64,000 nucleotides of DNA from Octopus sinensis (Eukaryota): NCBI RefSeq assembly GCF_006345805.1, contig NC_043011.1, positions 23,386,464 to 23,450,463 of the forward strand, in the 5' to 3' direction. Position numbers and translations under genes: made by a program. A model generated the notes under the pieces. That model saw only the letters and a program-made list of their open reading frames with translations, ran no database searches and had not been told where the DNA came from. Positions 13,516 to 26,289 of this stretch are shown piece after piece (positions within the stretch are counted from its first letter, which is position 1; each line of letters opens with the position of its first letter).

Positions 13516-14184
13516 ATATTAAATCTGATAAATCCATTATTGGAAAAATGATCTTTTAAATCAGTCCAAAAAATGCTTCTACGTTCGTTCATTTTGGCGA
13601 TGAAATTTTTTGACGATGTTCAAATCGTTTTCATTGATTCCTCCCCACACTACACTCACTGTTCTCGAGGCTATGTTTCTATTTCAATTGAGTAGCAGAG
13701 TCAGGAAATTGAGGATCTGTACAGGATAAAGATTTGTTTTCTTGTTGTCTGGTTCATTATACAGACAAATAAAATTTCGGTTATGAGTGAGTCACAAATA
13801 ATTTTGTCTCAGTCAGCCGTGACTCTTTTGAAGTTACAGTCTAAGCTTAATTTTTTTGAAAAGATCTGAGGCATTCATCAGGAGACTTCTTTTGTTTGTT
13901 TCTTTTTGTTTGTTTCTTGTTGCTTGTGTCGCGTTACGATTTCATTAGCTGACTGAATTAAAAAATGTATTTAATTATTCTATTTGTTTTGTTTTGTTTC
14001 TTAAGCGGTTAAAGCGCCATCACAGACAAATATAATTTTGATTGGTGGGGTAAGAGTGTGGAATTCGGAGTTCACCAGAATTCTGAGACAAAAATCACTA
14101 ATTCCTTTGAATGTAGTTTACAACTTTCTATGACAAACAACCAATGTTTAAAGCAGACATGAGTAACCCTTTTTTCGAGAAGCG

Positions 14185-14591
14185 GGTCGCATGAGACATG
14201 GATCATCGTCAGGAGGGTTGCATTACAGTAAAACAAAATATTTCAAGCTGATTTTTCGTTAGGCATACTATTCAGAGTGGAGGCGCGTGGTTTAGTGGTT
14301 AGGGTGTCAGCATCATGATTGTAAGAGTGTGGTTTCGATTCCTGGACCGGGCGACGCGTTGTGTTCTTGAGCAAAACACTTCATTTCACGTTGCTCCAGT
14401 CCACTCAGCTGGCAAAAATGAGTAACGCTGCGATGGACTGGCGTCCCGTCCTGCTGGGGAACACATACGCCATAGAAACCGGGAAACCGGTCCCATGAGC
14501 CTGGCTAGGCTTTAAAAGGGCGCATTTATTTATTTATTATACTATTCAGAATGTTCTGTGGTTCGCAGTTTGGCCACGACTCGTTCAAAGT
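14185..14591 (+). repeat. Apparently identical 407-bp copy of 12523-12929, including the SINE and both flanks
   Basis: Offset 1662 at both ends; no differences seen by eye. Confidence 0.9.
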
Positions 14592-15959
14592 TACACGAAC
14601 CACAGGAGCCATCGGTATCACATCGATATTTTTAAAGCTGTTGTCTACGTTGTATGCCAATGCCGATGATTGAAATTAAATTAAATTGAAGTATAAATTA
14701 AGTAAGATGGAAGTTAATTTAAATCAGATTTTAATTTACCAAAACTTGTACCCAGCATGTACAAATAGCCTGTAGGGATGGTAGTTTACATGTGGATTTA
14801 CAGAAGTATCAATAATTAGTCGTAATTGAAGCATCTCGTGGGGAATCAACCATTCGTATTATTATAATGTTATATTATTTGCTTAAAATTACACGCACGC
14901 ACACACATACACATTCAGATATACCACTATGTATACATACACATATGTGTGTGTGCGTGTTGACACCCTTAGTAAACTACCCAACCTGGTTTCTCCACCC
15001 CATTTATAACCTACATTTAATGTTTTCTGTTCTTCGTTTCTAATGAGATATTGTTTGATTCTCACCTCATGGTTTCCAAACTTTTGTACACTCGTTAGAC
15101 ACCTTCTTCTTCTTCTTCTTCTTCTTCTTCTTCTTCTTCTTCTTCTTCTACTGCACACGCTCACATGAACACACACATGTACACACATGTACACACATGT
15201 ACACACACGTGCTTGTCGGTGTAAAATTTTTCTTTACTAAAATTACAGTCATCGATATAGAATGTGAATTGCAACATAGAAAAAATTCGGTTTGCTTACC
15301 GACAACTCATGAGGTTTCACGTAACTTTTTTAAAACACTGACTATGTGTCTTTGCGCGATATAAGCCTGCAGTCGAAAGAACTCGTAACTTTTTTCAGCA
15401 TTGTATACAGACCCTCAATTTACTGACTCTGCTACTCAAGTAGAATAGAAACATAGCCTCGAGAACACTGAGTGTGGGGAAGAATCAATGAAAATGATTT
15501 GAACATCGCCAAAAAATTTCATCGCCAAAATGAACGAAGGTAGAAGCATGTTTTGGACTGATTTAAAGCATCATTTTTTCCATTAATGGATTTATCAGAT
15601 TTAATATAATAATGGTTTCAAATTTTGGAACAAAGCTAACAATTGTAAGGGAGGGTGTAAGTCAATTACATCGGCCCCAAAAGGATGAAAATAAGATGGA
15701 AGTTAATTTAAATCATATTTTAATTTACCAAAACTTGTACTAACATGTCCAACATGTACAAATTGCCTATTTTTGATATTCCTTTTCTGAACAACTATTT
15801 GTCTCAAAGTAAAACTTCATGACTCTCTCTCACCCACACAATCAATCCACTGAGAGTCTTTTCTTATATAAAATATGTCACTAAATTTTACAATTGCAAT
15901 TACGAAATTCCATCGATTTAAATAATCTGATGCCAAGTTGAGTCGACCGGAAGGATATA

Positions 15960-16170
15960 AAATGCTCACAAATGGCGGGCTCTGGAGAATACGTCTTTAA
16001 TGGTAGCAGCAAAAGACGACTAGCAATTGACAACTCAACTATTAATATATCCACTGCCTCAGACTCATACCCGCTGACCATCTTTGACGAACTAGTTGAC
16101 GAAATATCTGTGTATATGTTATTTAGTACGATCGGCTAACGTACCACTGTGTTGTACGGTATGCAGATGA
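15960..16170 (+). mobile_element. Ty3/Gypsy RT relic
   Basis: KRRLAIDNSTINISTASDSYPLTIFDELVDEISVYMLFSTIG resembles the RLCIDY...AYPLPRIDELV...FSTID Gypsy RT motif. Confidence 0.55.
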
Positions 16171-17579
16171 TGAAGTGTTTACTACTTTCGAGGCAAACCA
16201 TAAATTGTTGCAGTTTAAACATTTCAGTTTTGGTCTTATATACAGTTATTTTTCTGATGAATAGTAAACATTTTTAATCGTAAAAATGAGTTGGGTGTTA
16301 TGTACATCAACTTAGTATGATGTTACCCATATAGTAAAATCAAAGAGACACATAAGAAAAATTTATCTAAATTCTTAAAGAATTGCTTTTCCAAGTCACA
16401 ATAAATGTATGTTTTAAGCTAAATCCATCTGTGTCCTAGGTTAATAGTTTAATCATAACAAATTGCGTCTTTACCCCTCAAGTTTAACTCCTTTTAAAGA
16501 AAAGTTCATGCTCGTTAACAAGCAATTCTTATCTCATTTGACGAGTGTTTTACCTTGTTTCTCTGACAAATAAAAATCTGACCTTTAATCAATGTTCAGT
16601 TTCTGCTCCAAAAGAAAGTTTCACTCGCTATCAGTAACTTAATAACAGCTATTATTACGATGTCTGTCAATGTTAAAATAAACCAACATATGCCGTTCTG
16701 CAATTGTGACAATTGTGATTCAATATGACAAACCTATATCATCTTTTGCTCATTGGCTGAACTCTGCCAAGAAAAATCATTGCAAAGTAGAAATGGAAGC
16801 TTATGCAACAGCTGAGGCAGTGAAAAACGAGACACCACTTGCTTTTAGGAAAAGGATTTACCTGAGTGATTGATCAGAAATCCGTGACTTACAGATAATC
16901 GATAAAAAAGGACTTTCGTAAGATCAAAAATGAGAAAAATGGCGTGGGTTTAAAACACATGCTGTTCTCTTATAAAATCGTAGTCATCCAGATCTTTTAA
17001 TACTGGCAAAGAAGCACTATCATGTGATTTTCATGCTTCTACTTCACACCCTTTAGTTTCTCGAATAAAAAGTCTACTTCGGCAGATGGTATTAAACTAG
17101 GTTCTTTGGTGGGAGGGATAGGATGCTTCGTTTGTCAAATGTTAAAATCGCAGTTCTGTTATCGAGAATCATAACAGCTCATTCGATTCATACTGTCCTT
17201 TTTTTTTTTTTTGTGACGAAATCACAAAATCCTGTATCTGTTTGATGTTGGCGCAGATACACTATAATGTGACTTTTGCTGTTCTGCTTTGCAGAGTAAC
17301 CTTTTTGGACTCTACGAATATTATTTACAGCCTGCTGTTAGGAGAGTCACGTATTTTATTTGAGTGAAAATCTTTCTTACTCAGAGGATGGTGTTAATCA
17401 TGTTTCGTATTTCAAATTCGTCAAAAGTTAAAATCACAATATTGTCGTTACATCAGCTCATCTGATCTACTACATTTTTTTCACCATAAACTAAGAAACA
17501 ACAAACCATTTGTTTTCCTTTTTTTTTTTACACCAGTACACCAGAAAGCCTGCGGTGATTTTCAGCGGTATTCTACCGC

Positions 17580-17765
17580 ATTGAAATGTGTGAGTGGATC
17601 GAGAAGTTTAAAAATGGCCGGACAAGCGTGAAGCACGAAGAGGGAGCAGAACACCCATCAGCCTCTAGCACTGACGTGAAGATTCACCAATCTCAAGAGA
17701 TGATTCTAGTGAACCGACTAGTAACCATCGACGATGTGGCTTGTTCTCTGCAAATTACACTTAAC
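17580..17765 (+). mobile_element. Mariner transposase N-terminal fragment
   Basis: WIEKFKNGRTSVKHEEGAEHPSAS...RLVTIDDVA matches the mariner HTH/linker pattern. Confidence 0.75.
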
Positions 17766-18099
17766 TCTAAGCGGCTGTAAATACCTAGGTTTGCTAGGTG
17801 GCCAAGAATGGCGGTACCGAAAATTCACGGGTGTCTCGTTAGTTCACCGTGTCCAGTTCAATGAGTTAAGCGGAAGAAGAATTGGGTTATCCTCGTAATT
17901 TTAGCTAATTATTCTTGAGATTGCTCCAATCTGGCCAGCCCCAAGGAAAAACTAAGCTAAGAGCATTAGATTCCGATATATAATTAATCCCCCCCCCCCC
18001 AAAAAAAAACGAAGAAAAAACAAAACAAGGAAAATAATAACTTGAGAACGTGGTACATGCAAAGTATTAAAAGTCGCTCAGGGAAAGAAAGAAAGGGTG

Positions 18100-18133
18100 T
18101 TTTACGTTTCGAGGAAAGCTCTTCTTCAGAAAG
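18100..18133 (-). ncRNA. Minimal type I hammerhead motif, canonical core
   Basis: Minus strand: cttt-CTGAAGA-a-gag-ctttc-ctc-GAAA-cg-TA-aaa; stem III palindrome ACGU. Confidence 0.6.
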
Positions 18134-18199
18134 AGGAGACAGAGGAAATTCCAAGAGAAAAAGAAAACGGAAGAAAAAAATCGCCAACAATCCACACAC

Positions 18200-18520
18200 T
18201 ACTGGAGTCGGTAGTGTATGGTGGTATGTTTTTAAGCAGTCGTTCAATCATGTAGAGAAATCGGCACTCAGCCTAATTTTATTATTTTTTTAATACTTCA
18301 AGTAATCCACCTTTCTGATGACTCCACTCTTTTCGAGTTTGTCCAACTTTTCATTTACAGTTTCTTTTCTGCTTAATTTAAACACAGGTAAAGCGTTTTC
18401 GCTTACTTGGAAATAGGCTTCCGTCTTTCTACATAAACCTAAATCCTCTGATAACATTTACGAGAACATTTTTTTTCAATTTTTTCTTCAGTTCTTCAGT
18501 TCTTCTGAAGACATAACCAT
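18200..18520 (-). mobile_element. Ty3/Gypsy pol (RT N-terminal) relic
   Basis: SEDLGLCRKTEAYFQVSENALPVFK...VNEKLDKLEKSGVIRKVD...IRLSADFST*LNDCLKTYHHTLPTP. Confidence 0.7.
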
Positions 18521-18574
18521 TTATGTTAAGCAGCAAAAATTTATGGGGAGGTGCCATAATCGAATAGTTCTAAC

Positions 18575-19600
18575 TAATCTGTGCTGTTGGGCACTGGACG
18601 GAAGGTCATGTTAGGTTGCTTGGAGTCTAGTTTGGACCGGATTCCCAGACGGAGTGAGGTGGCAGATAGTGTGGTGGCCCTAATCCGGACCTGGTCTGGA
18701 AGGGCGCTATCCCTGAAAGGGGGGGCGGAGGTGGTGCCGGTGTATATTGCATCTGTGTTCATCTATTGTCTGACCGTTGTCCCTTGCTCTGATTCGTAGC
18801 TAAGCAAGTTGAGACGCCTTCTCTTCCGCTTTTTGTTGCGGGGAGGAAAGCTGCTTGTGAGGCGCTCTGTTTGCTGCCAAGAACCGCTAAAGTGTGGGTT
18901 AGAGATGCCGTGGCTAATGCTGTGCAGGCATGCGCTGAGGCTAAGGCACCTCTGGCTCTATCTGGATGATGACCAGGTGTGGAATTTGCTGGCGGAGAAA
19001 TTCTTTCCGCGACTGGTCTCCTTGGAGGAACTCAAACCCAACTTCATTGAAAGACATAACACGACTGAATGGCGAAAGGAGTGCCGACAGGCACTCGTGA
19101 TAATCCATAAGGCGGGCAAGGCCGGCATCGGGAATACCACCTCGGTATTCTATAGAGGGCTGGTAGAGTTTTAGAGGGATGACGTCCTAGGAGAAGCTCT
19201 GGTGCTCGATGAGGGCCAGCTAGCCAACGTGTTTCAAAGAACTTTCGGGCCGGGGTACCTGGTTAACTACCAGAAATGCCTGACCTGGCAGTGCTATACG
19301 AGTGCGTTACCTGTTCGCGACATGGAGTGTCTGTGCCACCGGCATTCTCAAGGTGCGAGCAGGACGATGAAACCGTTCTGCACAACCTTGTATAATGCCC
19401 GGAGCTTTTGGGGTTGATAATTTTCGTAGAACACGTGCTATCGCATCTAGGAAGAGTACAGCTGTCTGTTGAGTCCATGATCGAGATTGTACCGCTACCC
19501 GGACTATCAAAGGAAAGTGAGGCATGTTTTTATGCACAGTTGCAGTATTGAAAGAGTGTATATGGAAAATTAGAATGAAAGGAGTCGCGACGGGAATGCT
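18575..19600 (+). mobile_element. Degenerate Tx1/L1-type LINE ORF2 3' fragment, related to the 30379-35743 element
   Basis: GRALSLKGGAEVV, LLFRFLLRGGKLLVRRSVCCQEPLKCGLEMPWL and YQKCLTWQCY align with the 30615-32681 ORF. Confidence 0.85.
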
Positions 19601-19975
19601 ATCTCAGCTCGCTCCTGAATAGTCAAGCGACCCGCCATCTGGAAAATGAGAAATAAAAAAATAATTTAAAATTTCCCATCATTGTTATCTATTTAAAAAA
19701 TGTTTTCACCATGACTTCAGTGATACTAAAAATTCTATAATCAATTTTCTAATACCTTGTTACTTTCCATCTACCCTGTGTGCATCTATGTGTGTGTGCA
19801 TCGTTCACAAAGCCCGTGGTCATCAGCTTTGCATGACATTTTATTGTCTCCGAACATAGTGCTGCATGCTTATCTTTCCATACACGCCATGACTTCAGTG
19901 ATACTAAAAATTCTATAATCAATTTTCTAATAACTGGTTACTTTCCATCTACCCTGCATGTATGTGTGTGTGGTG

Positions 19976-20006
<31 letters not shown>

Positions 20007-20199
20007 TGTGTGTAGGGAGAGTTTACGGAAAAAAACAAAAGACGAAGACAGGTGGTGTACAAAACAAACAGATGTATTAGTATAACGCTCAGAAATAGAA
20101 AAAGTCTTTTACGTTTCGAGCCTACGCTCTTCTACAGAAAGGGACACAGAAAAAAACAAGGAGAGAAAAAAATGTGTGTAGTGGCTAACGATCTATCAT

Positions 20200-20266
<67 letters not shown>

Positions 20267-20560
20267 GTGTTGCATCTTTACCTGTCTATGCACGCCACCA
20301 TCTCTGAAATGGAACAATGGAATTTCACACTTCATAGCGTGCTGCTATCTCAGCTCGCTCCTGAATAGTCAAGCGATCGGCCATCTGGAAAATAAGAAAT
20401 AAAAAATTAATTAAACAATTCCCATTAGTGTTGTCTGTTTAAAAATGTTTTCGCCATGACTTCACTGATACTAAAAATTCTATAATCAATTTTCTAATAC
20501 CTTGTTACTTTCCATCTACCCTGCATGTATGTGTGTGTGGTGTGTGTGTGTGTGTGTGAT
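19597..20560. repeat. Three copies of a Tc1/mariner-like end segment (~19597-19790, ~19885-19960, ~20343-20525)
   Basis: Shared ccatgacttca.tgatactaaaaattctataatcaattttctaata...ttactttccatctaccctg; the reverse CAGGGTAGATGGAAAGTAA is TIR-like. Confidence 0.65.
20106..20141 (-). ncRNA. Hammerhead-like motif with A6U core variant
   Basis: Minus strand: cttt-CTGTAGA-a-gagc-gtag-gctc-GAAA-cg-TA-aaag; same repeat family as 1563-1700. Confidence 0.5.
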
Positions 20561-20564
20561 TCTG

Positions 20565-20752
20565 TGCTAGATGCAGGAGGAAAGAATGAGAGGGGCGAAA
20601 GAGTCGGCAGAAGTTCGCCATTTCCTTCTGCCGAAGCCGCGTGGATCTTAGGTGCTTCGCTTATAAACACACTCATCGCCCAGTCTGATATTCGAACCCG
20701 CGACCCCTCGACCGTGAGTCCGCTGCTCTAACCACTAGACCATGTGCCTCCA
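20565..20752 (-). mobile_element. tRNA-derived SINE
   Basis: Minus strand: tggtctagtggttagagcagcggactc...gggttcgaat; homologous to 21962-22165. Confidence 0.75.
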
Positions 20753-20844
20753 CAAATTACTCAGTAAAGCCTTAAAAATGATGATCTCAGCAACTCGCGA
20801 GAAACCGTGTGCATATATGTGTACATACGTACGTATATACGTGC

Positions 20845-20922
<78 letters not shown>

Positions 20923-21961
20923 AAATGGACCAGTCAAGTAAAATCAAAAGACAAAAATAAGATTTAATATATGATGTGATGATATAGGGATTAAATGGGC
21001 ATGAAAACTCGAGTACACGATAGCTGCAATAAACGTTAAATACCTAAAGAAAAATTTACAGTCTTTTGAAAAAAAAAATGTACGTTTCGTTTGATATATG
21101 TATATTTTTTTCCTTTTTTTTTTTAAGTAAATAAATACAGGTTAATTAAAATTCTAAGCATTCTATAAATGATATTAGAAATAGCAGATTAAACTTAACA
21201 ATTCTGTGCTGAATGTTTCTTCTGGAGGTTTATCCAAATCCACTTTCCGCTGCAGGTGTCTCCAGATCTCCAGCCCTAGCTTTTTGTTTTTCTTCACTTT
21301 CTCTTCCGTTTTTATTCTATTTTATTTTTATTTTTATTCTTATTCTATAGATACACAGATGTTAGATAGTTGAGAAAGTGAGACTATTAGCTTTCTTCGA
21401 TATTTACAAGAAGATTAATTTCTTTTGTAAGATTATATCGGTTCGAAAGGGTCATAAATAACTCGTTACTTTCACAACAATATTAGTGTTTGTAGCATCG
21501 AATCTAGTTGTAACAAGAAAGAAGTCGTATGAAAAGTATCGTGATCTACAACCAAAAGAATGTTAAATGTTGCTATAAAAGTGCAGTGATTATTTAAGTT
21601 AATGTTAATATACTTAATACAATGAACAAAGCCAAATAGAAACAAGTATACGGTGAATAAAAAACATCAGTCAATGCCTAATATTACTTTTTTTTTTCTT
21701 CATTTTTTCGATTTGGTTGTCAGCATTTCAAAAATTAAAGTTTACCGAAAATTTTAAAATTTGGCATAATAATACACTTGCCCAAATTGAATTGCTGGAG
21801 TTATTTCATTTTTTCCAGAAAAATGTTTTAAAGAAGTTATAGAGGTTTAAAGTTTGATCATTTTTCCTCAGTCAGGAAAGAGGATTTGGAAACTATCATT
21901 TTGTGCGTGACTACAAATTTTGTCGTCAATATCCTGAAAATAGCACGTGTTGTCAATATTT

Positions 21962-22165
21962 GTAGTGATTAGAGCAGCAGACTCACGGTCGAGAGATCGC
22001 GGGTTCGAATCTCAGACCGGGCGATATGTGTGTTTATGAGCGAAACACCTAAGTTCCACGCGGCTCCGGCAGAAGGTAATGGCGAACTTCTGCTGACTCT
22101 TTCGCCACAACTTTCCCTCACTATTTCCTCCTGCATCTAGCAGTTCACCTGCGACGGACCGGCGT
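21962..22165 (+). mobile_element. tRNA-derived SINE
   Basis: tagtgattagagcagcagactcacggtcgagagatcgcgggttcgaatctc. Confidence 0.75.
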
Positions 22166-22602
22166 TATGTCTCTGGTAATTTTCTTTCGTGTAAATAAAT
22201 GTTTATGCTAATTTAAGAGATTTATCCAAAAAATCTTATTTAGCTGTTATTTTTAGCACACAACACAACCACCTTAATGCTCAATGACAAAAAGAAACGA
22301 GTAAACAAATATTTAAGCATTCAATATGCATTTAATGCAAATGCGATAAACAACACATAACATGCGATAAACACATTACAATTTTAACAGAAAGATTTGG
22401 AATAATTAAATGTTCTCCGGTAATTTTTTTTCATGTAAATAGATATTTATGGCAATAATAAATCTCTGAACGAGATGTAAACAGTAACCGCTCGACAACG
22501 TAAAGTATAATAGCCATCTCAATATAGCTAACCACAAAGGGTGGGTGTTACTGTAGCTTTTAGCCCCAGGAGATCATCGTCTCCAGCTGGCTTTAGGCAC
22601 AC

Positions 22603-22691
22603 TATCTGTGCCCTTATGGTATTTGCAAAGGGAGGCCATCCCTACGAGAAAGGGATGACCTCCCTTTGCAAATACCATAAGGGCACAGATA
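22603..22691. repeat. Near-perfect hairpin with 41-bp arms (1 mismatch) and a 7-nt loop
   Basis: 22603-22643 vs 22651-22691. Confidence 0.95.
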
Positions 22692-22693
22692 CT

Positions 22694-22918
22694 CTTTTAC
22701 TTTTTTACTCTTTTACTTGTTTCAGTCATTTGACTGCGGTCATGCTGGAGCACCGCCTTTAATCGAGCAACTCGACCCCGGGACTTATTCTTTGTAAGCC
22801 CAGTACTTATTCTATCGGTCACTTTTGCCGAACCGCTAAGTGACGGGGGACATAAACACACCAGCATCGGTTGTCAAGCAATGCTAGGGGGACAAATACA
22901 GACACACAAACGTACACG

Positions 22919-22964
<46 letters not shown>

Positions 22965-23121
22965 TACAACGGGCTTCTTTCAGTTTCCGTCTACCAAATC
23001 CACTCACAAGGCATTGGTCGGCCCGAGGTTACAGTAGAAGACACTTGCCCAAGGTGCCACGCAGTGGGATTGAACCCGGAACCATGTGGTTGGTAAGCAA
23101 GCTACTTACCACACAGCCACA
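22694..23121 (-). mobile_element. Abundant tRNA-derived SINE with an internal (TA)n/(CA)n tract
   Basis: Minus head gtggctgtgtggtaagtagcttgc...ggttcaatccc; tail gactgaaacaagtaaaagag; homologous to 25885-26455. Confidence 0.8.
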
Positions 23122-23326
23122 TTTATGTTAATTTAAGAATTTGCCAGCAAAATCTTATAAAATGACAAAAGATGTACACGTTTATGTTATATATGAAAAT
23201 AAGAGTGAACAAAATATGCTTTAAAAAAAAAAACTTTTAAGCATTAGAAAACAAGCATTTAACTTTCGGTTTTAATTTTTAAAATATCCGCCTCTGTTTT
23301 CAATGTTTCCATAATAGAAGCGAAGT

Positions 23327-24003
23327 GATCTAGTCTTTCACATTCGCAAAATGAGCCCCCTTAATTTTGCTCAGATTGCTTTCAATTTTGGTGCATCGAT
23401 GCAACTCTGAATTTTGATTATGATCAACCAATTACTTTATCTTGTAAATTTAAGAATTTGATGCTATTTGGAATTAAAGTTAGGAAATTTGGCCACAGAC
23501 AGCGTGGCATTAGCAGCTTGTTACCATGACAACTGCACGCTGTCTTGTGGTTCACTGTTGTCCGTGCCGCTGTTGTCTATGTTAATTTTTCACACTTGAT
23601 TCTTCAAACCACACGATTCTTTTCACCTGCGTGTTTTATTTAAATTTTTCTGTGTTAGTATATTACATATTTTTCTGCGTTTCTGTGTGTTAGTATTTTT
23701 ACATATTTTTCATTTCATATATTTTGGGGACTCATTGACTCAGATAGCTGGATTTATGATTTCACTAGGTTAATTCTATTCATAAAAATTTTAATTAGGA
23801 GTATTTCTTAAACTGTTAGCTTAACTGAAATTTAGCCCACATAACAGGAACTGAGAGGGATATCGTGGAACAGAGAAACTGTCGGTTATACAGATAATTT
23901 GACATTATTTTTGAATTCTGCATGTAAAAACGTATAAGATACAGATATTCTTTTCCTTGGGACAAATTCTTTGTTGACCAGTGTTATTCTTATCGTAGTT
24001 TAC
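23327..24003 (+). repeat. Old dispersed repeat, probably a DNA-transposon end; inverted homolog at 50175-50719
   Basis: Shared terminus gatctagtcttt..cattcg.aaaatgagccccc, an identical 14-bp gttaccatgacaac and an identical 42-bp block 23962-24003. Confidence 0.7.
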
Positions 24004-25119
24004 GAATCCAAGCACTATTCCTCATTCATACAGCAAGCGTCCCTGGCTATTTTCTCCTAATTATTCTTTTAAGTTATCACACCACTCGGTTTTTGATTAT
24101 TCACTTACACTCATACATTTTATATGCATATGTCTTAGTCCAATAAAACCGAGGCACAGCCCCAATTTTCACAGTACTATCAAAAACAAACCCATTTCAA
24201 TCAATTTCAATCAATATAATTTTCGAAGTTGTCCACACTGCTTTCCTCGACCAAAATTTATCAAGTATATGATTATATCTCCTTACTTCGTGAGTAATAT
24301 TAATTTATTAAAATATCTTGGCTTACTACATTATGTATTTTAGTCTCCACTTTCTTGTATGACAAGGCCATTAATCTTCTAGACTTCGTTCAAGCACGTT
24401 TTTTTCCCAGCAACCCTCTTACAATTACTAAAGAGGAATCTTAACCATATCGATCTCACTTGTCTTGAAGGACCTGTGAAAGGCAAGGGCACTATCTCGC
24501 TCTCTAAACCAGTTCAATAAGAACAAACAACAACCAAGTCAAAAAGCAAAAGAAAACAGTTTGTTTTTCGAAGGCAACCTATTTTAAATCGAGTTCGGAA
24601 GAGACTAAAATATTCAACAAGAAGTTTCCTATTTTCCAATGCCTCGGATCATCCAGCATAAAAGCTTTATTTCCTCCACCACCATGCAGACTGACTCCTT
24701 TGATAGGTGTGACTTAAACACGACCAACATGAGAATCAGAACAGTCAGCAGAATTAGCACCAGCGACAAATTATAGCCCACCACATGGTCCAGTCCGTAC
24801 TGCGGTATGATTACTCGTACGGCACAATGACCCTGAGAACTATATCAGCGGAGCACAAGCTCTTGGTTGGGACTTTTCCGTGCTGGACAGGTCAAAGGCT
24901 AGAAATCAGACTAATTCGGACCACTTCCTTTCAGATATAAAACTGGGTTTGCGTAAGGCCAACGCCCTAACCTAGAAAAAAAAGCAATGTCACAGAAGCA
25001 TCGATAATAATTCAAAACCAACCAAAACTGGTACAGAAAGGTCTTCCTTCGGGGGAACATTTGACGCGGTGCAGCAAGACCAACATTCTGCATTACACAT
25101 AAAACCATGAATTAGAGGG

Positions 25120-25205
25120 CTAAAAATAGCTGGAAGGGAGATACTGAGACAGAACTGAAATGGGAAGGATATAACTGGGGAGAAGCAGAAAAGGCATCCC
25201 ATAGC
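25120..25205 (+). mobile_element. RTE-type ORF C-terminal relic
   Basis: RAKNSWKGDTETELKWEGYNWGEAEKA resembles the RTE terminal motif RPKNTWRR...GYTW. Confidence 0.45.
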
Positions 25206-25479
25206 TTCACGGAGAGCTATGACCTAGAACCCTAAAATTGCTGGAGGCAGGATACTGAGGTAGAGCTGAAACAGCTGAAGAGAAACGAAAGACAACTCAG
25301 AGTAGAGAACAATGAAGAAAAGCTATCGATGGACCATGCTAAGTTAAGGGCTTAAGAACGTATCCAGCGTATCGTAGCGGAAAGTGATGAATGACAGAAG
25401 CTCAGGTGAAGACAATAGCTTTTGTTTTTATGGCGTTAGACAGCCTTTCTTATACTTAAATTATATTAACTGTAAGTGA

Positions 25480-25800
25480 ACAACATCTGTTGGAGAAACA
25501 TGGGCATAAAAGGACTCTAAGAGAGATGATGTTCTTGCGTTAAAGTAGCTGGTATGGAGACGAGATACGAGTCAGAACCGGCACAGTGAAGCGCTGAGTC
25601 GTGGGTCGGCTGTTTTGGACAGTTTGGGGAGGATGAGGTAAGTAACTCGTTCAAAGGAGACGAGATCGATGTAGTAGCGGTAGAAGAGGTAGAGTGAGGA
25701 TAGTGCACATCTACAAGCCAACGGCTGGAATCTGTTTGAGAAATGAATCAATACCATTCGATCGCATAGCATTCTTTCGCCAGCTGTCCAGGACATTTTG
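25480..25800 (-). mobile_element. CR1/Jockey-group LINE RT C-terminal relic
   Basis: LACRCALSSLYLFYRYY...PRLS resembles the RRxxASLCLFYRYY motif. Confidence 0.55.
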
Positions 25801-25884
25801 TGTGTGGTGTGGTGTGGTGTGTGTGTGTGTGGTAATAGCAGTACCGCACTGGATGCGTGATCACTATTATTTTATTCTTCTTTT

Positions 25885-26225
25885 TCTTTTATTCTTTTAT
25901 TTGTTTCAGTCATTTGACTTGCAGCCATGCTAGAGCACGGCTTTTAGTCGAGCAAAAAGTCCCCAGGACTTATTCTTTGTAAGCCTAGTACTTATTCTAT
26001 CGGTCTCTCTTGCCGAACCGTTAAGTGACGGGGACGTAAACACACCAGCATCGGTTGTCAAGCGATGTTGGGGGGACAAACACAGACATTCAAACACACA
26101 CACACATATATATATATATCACGTGACCGACCAGACCATCAGATGTTGTTACACATCGCTGGTCACAATGCGCTTCGCATTGTTTTAGCCTTCGAATGAC
26201 GCCACCCCGCTGGCTAAGCGAGCAG

Positions 26226-26289
<64 letters not shown>

